In this document: positions 51,685 to 64,000 of the stretch, piece after piece
Position numbering within the stretch: position 1 is the first letter of the stretch
Layout: every line of letters starts with the position of its first letter
Origin: Chrysomallon squamiferum
Taxonomy: Eukaryota > Animalia > Mollusca
Length of the DNA: 64,000 bases
Assembly (NCBI GenBank): GCA_012295275.1
Contig: CM022678.1
Location: forward strand, 5,828,001 to 5,892,000
Direction of reading: 5' to 3'
The notes under the pieces: generated by a model
Seen by the model: only the letters and a program-made list of their open reading frames with translations
Databases searched by the model: none
What the model was told of the DNA's origin: nothing
Position numbers and translations under genes: made by a program

Positions 51685-54600
51685 ATGTCATATGTACTTA
51701 CTAACCAACTGGTTATTAATTTCGCTATTACCACATTAGTTTTGTTTTCTTTCATTTTTTTAATTAATTTTAAAAGTTAATAGTGCTTCATTATTATTAT
51801 TATTTTTTTTTTTTACTTCTATAAACACTTAGAAAGGTGCTAAAATTAAAACTTAAAATTATAAAAGAAACCACAATAATGAAAAAAATGCAATAAATTT
51901 TTTATTTTTTTTATTTTTTTTTTTTTTTTTTAAAATGTGCCACAATATTATTATTAAATTTTTGACTCTTAATTTTTTATTTTATTTTTTTTTAAAAAGA
52001 TATCTCCATTTCTACCTAATTTTTTCTTTTAATTCTGAACATAATAAAAATGAATGTCTTTTTTCCATTGGCAAAATATATTACAATTAAATTTTTCAAG
52101 GTTCTGCTAAAACTGAATAACTGTTAACAATTAATAATAATTTCAGTAACTCAGGCATAATCATGATTAAAATTGATATTTTTATTTTCAAAGTTAATAT
52201 TTTTTTTTTTTCTGAATCCTCATTCACATTTTTATATTCCTAAGTTAATCTTAACTCCATGAAATCTGTGATCTGATATTTTCTACTTCAGGCGTGTAAG
52301 TGAAACAAACTTTAAATCTGTGATAACAAAACATGATTGATTTCTATTATTTACTCTAGCTTATAGAAGTTTTATTTTATTTTTTTATTTTATTTGTTTG
52401 CTTTTGTGTTGTTTTTTTTGTGGGTTTTTTTGTTGTGTATGTGTGTGTTTTTCTATTGTTTTTTGTTCGTGTATTGTTTTGGGTTTTTTGTTGTGTATTT
52501 TTATTATTATTATTATTATTATTTGTGTTTCATACTTCTTTCTTTTTATTATGTTTTATATTTATATATATATATATATACTCATTTACTTTCAAAAATT
52601 TCTTATCTTACTGCCAGTAAATGATATTATTTTTTTCTCTCAGGGTTATCTCATGTTAGTGTTACTTGCTGTTCAGCCTTCCCTAGAACAGTTAAAACTA
52701 AATAGTGAGAGTAACCCCCAGCCAGATGGATAAAATTGTCTAAAGTTTCTTAAACAGAACATGACTGATGAAAATATCAGTAAAAACAAATATATTTTAA
52801 TAATTAATTTGCAGTTATAATAAATTCGATTTGGTTAATATAACCCCGCATTTCCTATTAATTATCAGTGTTCTTAAAAATTATTTTAACTGATGCCACA
52901 AGATATGTACACTAATATGAAATCTAGTCCACAATAGTATAATTATTATGAATTAGATATGCCTGGCATTTTGTGAAAACAAATATTTAGCATTTTCATT
53001 ATTTAAATACAATGATAATAAATTTATGTGGCATAATTTATTATTTAATAGCAAATAATATCAGTAAATACATCTAGCTTAATAACAACAATATATATTA
53101 CTAATCTTTCTAAATATCAGACAGTTTCATTGTTATTTATAATTGTTTTGTGAATTTTGTGTTGTTTTTGTGTTTGTCATTGTTTTGAACTCCATTTTCA
53201 AAGCTGGTCTGTGATATTATGAAATATCTTTTGTTTTGTAATATTCTTTAAGTCTGTCTGTTAAATAAGTATACAAATTTAAAGGTTAATACTTAAATAA
53301 ATATATTTTAATTAAAGTTAATTTATAAAATTAAAGAATAAATATTAATAATTAAAGATTATATAAATAATACAATGTAGAAATAAAATTAAGATTTTAT
53401 CTTTAAAATTAAATTTATATATATATATATATATATTTAATTTTTATAAATTTATATTGATATAAAAGTAAAGGCTTAATTTTAAATATTTTTACTATAT
53501 AAATAAATAACATTACAAATAAATTAATTAACAGATAAGTGAAATCTTTCCAGCCTAAACAAACATGTAAAATATATTTCAGTTTGTTCAATTAGCTTCT
53601 CTGTAGGCACACTAAACAAATTTATAAATGGGATAGCCCATTTCATTACGGTATAGACAATTTCATTTCAGGCTTGTACATATTAAACTATTTTACTATA
53701 TTCCAGTTTGGGCTGATTATATAGGATGAATTGGACAGACTAACATAAAACATGATAAATAAATAATCTGGTAACAGATTGATAGATTTTGAAATAAGTT
53801 ACCTCATTATAATCTGTAATGCATTATTTTATAAAATGAACATCCTGCGTCTAAATATGGAAAACAATTTCTTTTTAGAACGCCAGATTTCAAAACTGGT
53901 TACCCCATTTTCGTTTGGGACAACCATTTTCTAAATTGGACATCCCTTTTGAAAACGGGATACTCATTATGTTCTAAGGATTGTTATTTGGTATATTATT
54001 AAGCCTGATTTCCTCTTGCATACCAAATACAAATGTTTACAGCATTAAATAATATTGACAATGATTTGTTCTTCAGTTTGGTGAGTTGTTATAAATGTTG
54101 CATGTGCATAATTTATAGTTGTGATATTATTATTATTATTATTATTGTTATTATTAGAAGTATTATTATTTTTGATGTTAGAAAATATAACTAATTCATT
54201 AACAATATTAGTTTTCACCAAATGTATAATTTATGTGTGCTTGCACGTTCACCTTCACAGACAGACAGACAGACAGAAAGACAGACAGACAGACAGATAA
54301 GGAAGTCATAGAAATACCCAGAGAGTCACAAAGATGATATATAGATTGTGTGTGTGTACATGTACACGCACATGCATACACACACACACACGTGCTCATT
54401 TATTTGAACAAACAAATTGCATGAGCTATTAAAATCAGTCTGTTTGTGTTGATTACTGTTTGTATTGTGATATTAAAGAGTTTACTGTGAAGAAGTGATG
54501 TAAATATATATATATATATATATATATCTGGTATGTCTATTGAACTGTACATTACCTAGTTCATGCGCTTTGTTCTGTAGAATACACACAAACATGCATG

Positions 54601-54905
54601 CATGCACACACACACACACACATTATATATACATGAATATGGATAAACATATACACATACCTGCACATATATATTTATATAATGTGTCTCTGTGTGAGTG
54701 TGTGTGTGTTCATGTACATTTTTATATGTGTTGTTTGTATAAGCCATATATTTAGTGTTTTATTTGTATGTATAAAATGTCATAATCTGCCTTATGAACA
54801 CAAAAGTGATCAATGCAATTTTTTTAATTATAGTGTTTTTCTGCTTTTATAATCTCTTTACCAGTATTTAAGATAGTTGCCAAAAATACATCACTGTTAT
54901 ATGGA

Positions 54906-54938
<33 letters not shown>

Positions 54939-55508
54939 TTTGTTCTTGGATTTTAAAAAAGAGAGAGAAAGAAAATTAAAAACTTACATGCTCCTGTCTA
55001 TGGGGTGGCAAAACATAAAAAATACTTGCTGCTAATTTGGTTTTCCTCTTTCATTATTTTTGCTGTTCTGCGCTATATGAATGATACCATATTACTTAAC
55101 ATTAAAAATATTTCAAGTGTCTGATTAACTAATGTGTGTGTGTGTGTGTGTGTGTGTCTACTGATGGAAATACTATGTGGCAGTCAAGTGTGACATTAAA
55201 TAAAAGAAATATAACAGTGATGTTGTTTGGATGTTTATGTAAAACAACTGGTGCAGCATTTCATCCTGTCTATGCATAGAACTTTATCGGAGGCTCAGTC
55301 TTTCATGTACATTTGTTACTGTCCGTTAATAATGTAGTGTTTTTTATATACTGCTGTTTTGTAGACTTTTTAAATAATTTTTTTTTTTTTTTTAAAACAA
55401 GTGCAGTTATGGAAGCAATTTAAAGTTTGATGATGGATATTTTTTTTCTTATTAGTAAAATAAAATTAATTCATTTGTAGATTGATCGATTGATTGATTT
55501 ATTTATTT

Positions 55509-55544
<36 letters not shown>

Positions 55545-56303
55545 TAAAAAAACAAATCACTAGGAAATTGACTTTTTAAATGGCTAAGAAGTTGGCATTA
55601 TTTTTGAAGACATGAAGTTGTCTGATTTTTTAAAATATTTATTTATTTATTTATTTATTTATTGTTATTTATTTACTTTTTATTTTATATCTAAATAGAA
55701 TATTTATTTCATTTTATTTTTCTATTATTGTTTTTTAAATAAATGTTTAACTAACTGCTGAATATTATTACTATTTTTATTGTACTTAATTTAAAAATAT
55801 AAACTGCTTAATGTTGATATTACATCAAACTTGTACCACACTTGCAACTAACCCATGACAGTTGAACAATTTAAAAAACTTTCATCATTTATATCCATTT
55901 CTGTATTTTTGTACAGCTTACCTCTCTGTGTATTTTTGTATGCTTTTTGCACAATAAAAAGAAATGTTATTTCCTACAAATCTTGTTGTTCAGTTTTTGA
56001 TTGTCTGCGTGTATATGTCAGTATACATATGTGTGTGTTGAGAGAGAGAGAGAGAGAGAGCGAGAGAGCGAGACCACTGATTCACTATGTCAAATAAAAA
56101 GTATGTTATGACTCCCATCATCAGGACAAGATGAGGCAGAATCATGGGCATAGCCATATTTGCATATTGAAACGATACGTTATAAAGCCAACCCAGTATT
56201 ATGTTAATTAGGTGTCTTGTTGTCTTAATATTTAAATTACAAATCCCAGGGCAAGAGAGAGACTTTTTAAAAAATGCAAAGAGCTGAGATTTGGATTAGC
56301 TGC

Positions 56304-56338
<35 letters not shown>

Positions 56339-56429
56339 TTATTTAAATTAGTTAAACAAAATGTCATTCATAGCTAGATGAAAAATAATAAAATATTATA
56401 AATAAATGAAAAAAAAAAAAAAAAAGTAA

Positions 56430-56523
56430 TGCCCCGAGTGAGGATCGAACTCACGACCTTCAGATATCTCTGTTTTACTTTGTGATTATGAGACTGACGC
56501 GCTACCTACTGCGCTATCGAGGC
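56430..56523 (-). tRNA. tRNA-Met: Elongator tRNA-Met(CAT) with 21-nt intron, copy 1
   Basis: Reverse complement GCCTCGATAGCGCAGTAGGTAGCGCGTCAGTCTCATA[atcacaaagtaaaacagagat]ATCTGAAGGTCGTGAGTTCGATCCTCACTCGGGGCA; full cloverleaf, A/B boxes, oligo-T terminator downstream. Confidence 0.97.
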
Positions 56524-56946
56524 ATGTATAAGTGTCACTTAATTAACATAACAATTAAAACCACAGTTAATGTAAACTATTTATAATAACACAGGTAGTT
56601 AAAGTTAATATTAGCCATTGTTATTATATAATATTAATATCTCTCTCGATCTCATCTGTTTGTCTATCTGTCTGTTTGTCTATCTGTCTGTTTGTCTATC
56701 TATCTATCTGTCTGTCTGTCATAAACACACGCCCCCACGCACATATAAAAAAAATCTTAACTTGCGTTTTTCGGTGTGTTAATAGTCATCCATTTGAATC
56801 AAATTTTATCAAAATCAAGATAATCATTAATGTGATCAGGCTATATCTTAAAATAATTTACCTTAATGAATTAATAATCGTATGACGTCAGATAAAACAA
56901 AATGTCATCTACCACAAAAATAATAAAATATTGTAACAAAACATAA

Positions 56947-57040
56947 TGCCCCGAGTGAGGATCGAACTCACGACCTTCAGATATCTCTGTTTCGCTTTGT
57001 GATTATGAGACTGACGCGCTACCTACTGCGCTATCGAGGC
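56947..57040 (-). tRNA. tRNA-Met: Elongator tRNA-Met(CAT) with 21-nt intron, copy 2 (intron variant atcacaaagcgaaacagagat)
   Basis: Exons identical to copy 1; two substitutions inside the intron; T4 downstream. Confidence 0.96.
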
Positions 57041-57533
57041 ATACATAAGTGTCACTTAATTAACATAACAATTAAAACCACAGTTAAAGTAAACTATTTA
57101 TAATAACACAGGTAGTTAAAGTGTTTATGTGATGTTTGTAATGTTAATTGACGTTATTTTTAGAAAACAATAAAATGGAATGCATTTGATTGGTGTACAT
57201 TTTTTACAGTTATTATTATTATTTTGTTAATATTACTGTTGTTTGTAAATAAATAAATATTGTATATTATGTAAACAATAGATTTGGAAATTCAATAAGA
57301 AAAAATGGAATGCATTGGATTGGTGTACATTTTTTTACAGTTATTATTATTATTATTTTGTTAATATTACGTTATATTATAAAAAGAAAACGTTATATAA
57401 GCAGATTAATAATAATGATTCTAATAAGAACAACAGCTACAACAACGTCCACAGAAATAATAACGTAGTATTAATTACCAAAAATAAAAATAAATAAATA
57501 AATAAAAATATTAATATATTCTAAAAAAAGAAA

Positions 57534-57627
57534 TGCCCCGAGTGAGGATCGAACTCACGACCTTCAGATATCTCTGTTTTACTTTGTGATTATGAGACTG
57601 ACGCGCTACCTACTGCGCTATCGAGGC
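57534..57627 (-). tRNA. tRNA-Met: Elongator tRNA-Met(CAT) with 21-nt intron, copy 3
   Basis: Identical to copy 1; T7 terminator. Confidence 0.97.
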
Positions 57628-58289
57628 ATACAAAACTGTCACTTAATTAACATAACAATTAAAACCACAGTTAATGTAAACTGTTTATAATAACACAGGT
57701 CATGTGATTTTTTAAAAGTTAAATGACATTATTTTTAGAAAACAATCAAATGGAATGCAGTGGAAATGGTGTAAAAGAAAATTCGGTTCTCTGTTGTTTT
57801 TTTTTCTTTTTTTTTTAGTTATTATTATTATTATTATTTTGTTACTGTTGTTTCTAAATAAAAAATATTGTATATTATGTAAACATTAGTTTTGGAAATT
57901 CAATAAGAAAACGTTATATAAGCAGATTAATAATAATGATTCTAATAAGAACAACAGCCTCAACAACGTCAACAGAAATAATAACGTAGTATTAATTACA
58001 ACAACAAAAAAATAATAATAATTATATAATAATCAACATTGTTATTATTATGTTTTGGTTATTGTTACTGTTTTTTGTAAATAAATAAATATAGTATATT
58101 ATGTGAAAAACAGTATTTGAAATTTAAAAAGAAAACGTTATATAAGCAGATCAATAATAATGATTCTAATAAGAACAACAGCTACAACAACGTCAACAGA
58201 AATAATAACGTAGTCTTAATTACAAAAAAATAAATAAATAAATAAATAAATAATTAATATATTCTAAAAAAAAAAAAAAAAAAAAGTAA

Positions 58290-58383
58290 TGCCCCGAGTG
58301 AGGATCGAACTCACGACCTTCAGATATCTCTGTTTTACTTTGTGATTATGAGACTGACGCGCTACCTACTGCGCTATCGAGGC
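58290..58383 (-). tRNA. tRNA-Met: Elongator tRNA-Met(CAT) with 21-nt intron, copy 4
   Basis: Identical to copy 1 with matching flanks; offset 1860 bp. Confidence 0.97.
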
Positions 58384-58784
58384 ATACATAAGTGTCACTT
58401 AATTAACATAACAATTAAAACCACAGTTAATGTAAACTATTTATAATAACACAGGTAGTTAAAGTTAATATTAGCCATTGTTATTTTATAATATTAATAT
58501 CTCTCTCTATCTGTCTGTATGTCTGTCACAAACACACACCTCCACGCACACATAAAAAATCTTATCTTGCGTTTTTCGGTGCGTTAAAATCAATCCATTT
58601 TAATCAAATTTTATCAAAATTTAGATAATCTTTAATGTGATCAGGCTATATCTTAAAATATTTTACCTTAATGAATTAATAATCGTATGACGTCAGATAG
58701 TTGAACAAAATGTCATCTACCATTACCATTCATGGCTACAACAAAAATAATAAAATATTATAAATAAAACAAACAAAAAATAAA

Positions 58785-58803
58785 TGCCCCGAGTTCGAAC
58801 TCA
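58785..58803 (-). pseudogene. Truncated tRNA-Met remnant (3' acceptor strand/T-arm only, internal 5-nt deletion)
   Basis: tgccccgagt-----tcgaactca at the array position equivalent to copy 2; the rest of the gene is absent. Confidence 0.8.
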
Positions 58804-59112
58804 TGTTTTTTTTTTTTTTTTTATTATTATTATTATTTTTTTTTTTTGTTATTATTATTACTGTTGTTTGTAAATAAATAAATATTGTATATTATGTAAA
58901 CATTAGTTTTGGAAATTCAATAAGAAAACGTTATAAAAGCAGATTAATAATAATGTTACTGTTGTTTGTAAATAAATAAATATTATGTAAAAAACAGTAT
59001 TTGAAATTTAAAAAGAAAACGTTATATAAGCAGATTAATAATAATGATTCTAATAAGAACAACAGCTACAACAACGTCAACAGAAATAATAACGTAGCAT
59101 TAATTACCAAAA

Positions 59113-59144
<32 letters not shown>

Positions 59145-59165
59145 ATTAACATATTCTAAAAGAAA

Positions 59166-59259
59166 TGCCCCGAGTGAGGATCGAACTCACGACCTTCAGA
59201 TATCTCTGTTTTACTTTGTGATTATGAGACTGACGCGCTACCTACTGCGCTATCGAGGC
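59166..59259 (-). tRNA. tRNA-Met: Elongator tRNA-Met(CAT) with 21-nt intron, copy 5
   Basis: Gene identical to copy 1; upstream flank diverged. Confidence 0.97.
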
Positions 59260-59698
59260 CATGTAACGTGTTTGTCCAATTAACACAGTAATTAGAAGTC
59301 AGAATAACGTGAATGAATTATTACTTAATTAAACATCGAACATACTTATTTTGATATACGCCATTGCTGTTTCATAATATTAATATTTCTCTCTGTCTAC
59401 GTATGTGTATATATCTATCTGTCTGTCTGTTATAAACACACGGCTCCACGCACACATAAAATATCTTACCTTGCGTTTTTCGGTGTGTTAATATTCGTCC
59501 ATTTCAATACAGTTTTTAAATTAATCTTAGTAAAAGGCCATATCTTAAAATATTTGACTTAATGAATTAATAATTGTATGACGTCAGATAAACGTCATTA
59601 CGTTACTATGACGTTAATTGTTATGTCTCTCATTACACTTTTCGCTGGATTCGAGTTTACGTAAGTAAATTTGTATATTCTTGTTAAAGAAACTAATC

Positions 59699-59772
<74 letters not shown>

Positions 59773-61220
59773 GAATTGCTATTAATATTGTAACAACAAC
59801 AATAATAATAGCAGTAATAGTAGTAATAGTAGTAGAAGTTTTGTTCTTACTGCAGTTGATGTTATTCTTTTTTCTGTTTTCTTCTTATAATAATTATTAT
59901 ATAATAATTATTATTGTTGTTTTTGTTGTTGTTGTTGTTGTAGTTGTTGTTGTAGTTGTTTTATTAGACAAACAACAATGGAAACAAATTTCCACTAGTT
60001 TATTTTGTAAATTGTTTTCCATGACAATTCAGTTAAATTATTTTAATATTTTGCTGTAAACTTCATCTTCTGAAGAAAAAAAACCTAAATATATATACAT
60101 ATGTATATATGTGTATATAAATTTAAGAAAAGAATCGAACATCTCTTTTGAACTGTACATAATACAATCATTATGCCTTTCTGACATTCTCACCACACAT
60201 TACAAATACCACAGTTCAAGATGATTCAAGAGAGGTTGGGGATTTTGTTGTTGTTGTTTGTTTGTTTGTTGTTGTTGATGTTTTTTTTTTTTTTTTTTTT
60301 GTTATTTTGTTTTGGGGGAGAAGAATTTTTTATTATTTTTATTTTTCTGGTTGTTGTGGTTTTATTTATTTATTTTTTTTATTTATTTATTTAATATATA
60401 TATATATTTGTTGTTGTTATGGTTGTTTTTAATCTATTTTCCTGTTCTATCATTATTCCACTTAATGGAGAAAAGAAAAAAAAAAAATCCTTTTGTAGAA
60501 TAGTTTTTCATGAATCAATTTTGGGCTCAGAATATCATTTATTTCAAGGTACAACTTTAGTTTATCACTTAATGATTTATACTTGAAACAAGACAACAAA
60601 ATGAATTACGTATTGAGTTTATTACAAAAATCTTTTTTTTTTTTTTTTCAATTTACAGAAAACATGACAATTGGTTAGAATTCTGGACTTTGTTAGTTGA
60701 ACATGGAGTTTATGTTATAATGAAGAAAACATTAACACACAAACTGATTTGAAATGATTTACAAACTCATTAACTTATTAATAAAATTAAATTTTACACA
60801 TAAATTAATTATAAAGCTATATATATATATATATACACGTGTGTGTGTATATATATATGTATGTGTGTGTGTATGTGTGTATGTCTTTGTGTGTATATAT
60901 ATTAACTAATGAGAAAATTGTATTAAGATTGATAATAATTAAATTGCAAAACGATAACTTTTTAAAACAAGAAAATTACATTCAAACAAGGTATTAAATT
61001 ATAAGTATATATAAATAAAAAAAAACAATAATAATAATAAAAAAAAAAAAAAAAAAAAAATTAATTAATTAAAAATAATAGTAATAATAATAATAAAAAG
61101 TACTATTTCCAAATAGGTGACATGTAAAAGATAATTGATATCTAAAAGTGTAGATATGTATACATACAAAATGAGCAGATGCTGAGCTTAAAAATAATTT
61201 CTATTTTAAAAAAAAACAAC

Positions 61221-61260
<40 letters not shown>

Positions 61261-62859
61261 TAATAATAATAATAATAACTTGGAATATTTGTACTAGTTT
61301 TGGCCACATCAGTTAGATATGATTTCACATATGTATGTACGTGTGTATGTGTGTGCATATGCATGTATGTGTGTGTGTATTATATATCCATGTATGTTTT
61401 GCGTTGCTAAAATGTTTTTAAATGTTTACACAGTTCAAATGTTATCAGTACTAATAGTTGTAGTTTTGTTAATACAGTAATGTTAAAATGCAGCAAACAG
61501 AATTAGAGAGAGAGAGAGAGAACAATTTTATGTAGATCCCAACAAAATTTAAAAGCAGTATAAGAATCTGATAATAATTTTACAAATGTCTGCAAACTTT
61601 ATACCTCCAAATGTCGACACTTTATTAATAATTTGTATCATTTAAATCAGTTATTACATATTATTACAAAACACACTTATTTTAACCAAAAGAAAAAATA
61701 TATAAACAAAACATAAAACAAAACTGAAAGTGGTTATAACACGTTACGATTTTACCTATGATATGTGTTACGATAAACAGGAACCCAAAATGGGCCCGTT
61801 TTGTTAAAAATTAAGTGTAAAAAAAACAAAAAAAAGATAAGATATGTTATATATGTAAAAAATTACATTTACAACACAAAGGAAAACAAAATATTTATCT
61901 TGCAGCCTGTTGTAGATTATAATTCATTACAGAAGGTGTTTTTTTTTTTTTTTTTTTTTTTTTTAAATAATAGATATTACAAATCTAAGATTTTTCTATA
62001 TTTTACATTTCAAACAAGATAAATTGAGTTTTTTTTTTTTTTTGTGATGTTTATTTTATAGCTTATATATGAAGTGTTTGTAAAAGCTGTCAAAATATGT
62101 TTATGTTCATTTAGTTATTATTAAAAGTATATGAATTCTGATTATTTCTATATAACTTAAGTAAACAATGGCAATCTGTGAAATGTACATATTTATGCTA
62201 TCTGTGCATGTACATATAATGTAAGTATACTTGGTGAAAAGGTAAAAAGATGGCAAGGAAGATAGTGAAGATATTTTTAAATAATAATAATAAGCATTAT
62301 AACAAAAAAAAAAAAAAAAAAAAAAAATAAAAATATATAACTATGTCCATAACAAAAGGAATAAAACCTTTAACATTAAAAGATATAAAAATACTAATCA
62401 GAGTGAAAAAATAACTAAATTAAAACTGACTTTTAAATTTCAGTCTAAAACACAAAATTCCAGAAAGACTGGTTCAGACAGTTGGAAAAAAAAAAAAATG
62501 TGTCTACATTTATCATACTTCAAGGTTTAGTTGGAAGATGGTAACGCTCACCCGAATAATTAAGTGATATAAATATTTAGAAATATTGTTAAGAAAAGCG
62601 TTAATTCTCAGAGCCTTGGAAAATACTTTTACAGAGAATAATTATATTTTTGTTGTATTAGTAGTGACAAAAAAAAAAAAATAAATAAATAAAGAAAATA
62701 AAGAAAAAAATATATATAAAAGCTGCCATGGTTTTGGATTTCTTGAAACAAAATTTTTCATTTGTGTATTTTCAATGCCTTAAGAATAATAGTAAAAAAT
62801 GTATAATTAGTTTATTTAATGAGTATAGTTTATTTTGTTATTTTGACTGTTTTCAGAAT

Positions 62860-62884
62860 AATAACAGCAACAATAACAATAACA

Positions 62885-62922
<38 letters not shown>

Positions 62923-62927
62923 TATAT

Positions 62928-63014
<87 letters not shown>
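62860..63014. repeat. (AAT)n microsatellite
   Basis: Long trinucleotide run, one of many ATT/AAT tracts in the window. Confidence 0.9.
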
Positions 63015-63015
<1 letters not shown>

Positions 63016-63260
63016 GATGAAGAAGAAGAAGAGTAAGAAGAAGGTGTGAGAATGTGTTGTGTATTATTTCTTTATAATCATAAACATAGATAGACAGATA
63101 GACAGATAGACAGACAGACAGACAGACTACAAAAGCAAACATATTATGATTTGTTAAAGCTCTGGCTATGACTTGCAGTACACTAGTAAAGACTGAGATT
63201 CCAGTAAACAGTAATTCACATTTCTCTACTTTAACCAGTATATGAAACAAATTCACTTTG

Positions 63261-63334
63261 TCAGTTGCAAATTACTGTACTGTTCCAAGGGGCACAACTG
63301 CAATTACACCTAAAACAACAGCTCCATAAATAGG
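63261..63334 (-). CDS. Probable terminal coding exon of an unidentified - strand gene extending beyond the window; frame uncertain (phase 0: PIYGAVVLGVIAVVPLGTVQ*, stop 63272-63274; phase 1: xYLWSCCFRCNCSCAPWNSTVICN*, stop 63261-63263)
   Basis: On the - strand a ~27-nt poly-T tract + AG (63335-63336) precedes higher-complexity sequence with short open frames, then UTR-like DNA. Confidence 0.4.
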
Positions 63335-63364
63335 CTAAAAAAAAAAAAAAAAAAAAAAAAAAAT

Positions 63365-63852
63365 CAAGGGACGTAACTCTTACACTGAACAACAGATTCA
63401 TCAATCGCGTATCAAGGGACATAACTCATTTATTCTTACTATAGAGATATAAAAAAACAACCAAAAACAACTCTTGTAAAATACCAAGGGACATAACTAC
63501 ATTAGGAATGAGAAAACAGTTTCTCCAGGCATGAACAAATATAGATTGCGTCAAGGGAGACAACTCTGTTAGACCCGAAACAAAAGCTTTTAACATATAT
63601 AAAAAAGATTTTTTTTATCAAGGGATATAATTCCTTTTGTCTTTAAATAATGACTTTATCAACAGAAAAAAGAATATTTAAATATTAAGGGACATGGGTG
63701 TTTGAGTCTTAAAGCAAAAGTTCTTATAATTACAGAAAATTGATACTTAAACTTCAAGGGATACAACTGCTTTAGTCTTAAAGAAAAGATCATCATAAAT
63801 TATAGGAAAAGGATATTTAAACAGAAAATATTTTTATCGAGGGACATATAGT
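63365..63852. repeat. Diverged ~67-bp tandem array with conserved core CAAGGGACATAACTC (8 units)
   Basis: Cores at 63365, 63413, 63485, 63552, 63619, 63686, 63755 and 63838. Confidence 0.85.
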
Positions 63853-64000
63853 CTTACTAGCCTTGAACAAACAGTTTTAATTGATTATTTTTTGCTCAAT
63901 AACAAAATTTCAACCAAAAAACAAAATAATAATAATAAAAAAATAAAGATTTTTTTTTTTTATAAATAAACAGAATTTCTTTTAATGAATAAACACACAA

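Noticed and set aside
52644-52733. Acceptor-like site followed by a short open frame as an alternative last exon of PAF-AH
   Set aside because: No family similarity in any frame and it lies beyond the likely poly(A) signal; cannot be supported without transcripts.
56430-59259. tRNA-derived SINEs or initiator tRNA-Met
   Set aside because: Copies are full-length with identical exons, no SINE body, tail or TSD. The sequence has G1-C72 and TTCG in the T-loop rather than the initiator A1-U72 and ATCG.

Overview
AT-rich, microsatellite-dense animal genomic DNA. An invertebrate, plausibly a mollusc, is inferred but not established. Contents: (1) the 3' part of a + strand Shaw/Kv3 (KCNC) voltage-gated K+ channel gene, with one large S1-S6 exon at 1279-2200, C-terminal exons ending at a stop at 21400 and several candidate phase-1 microexons; (2) a 567-bp internally deleted Tc1/mariner element (26431-26997) inserted in a minisatellite that preserves the empty site; (3) a complete 9-exon + strand PAF-acetylhydrolase gene (PLA2G7/PAFAH2 family; 33730-49982, 431 aa by manual splicing) with an intact Ser/Asp/His triad, a 12-His insertion and tandemly duplicated splice sites; (4) a - strand tandem array of five intact elongator tRNA-Met(CAT) genes, each with a 21-nt canonical intron, plus one remnant (56430-59259); (5) a probable last exon of a convergent - strand gene near 63.3 kb, next to an array of a CAAGGG-N3-YAACT motif that also occurs singly upstream of the PAF-AH gene. 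Almost all ORFs in the supplied track are microsatellite artefacts. All exon structures were spliced by eye and are not transcript-verified.
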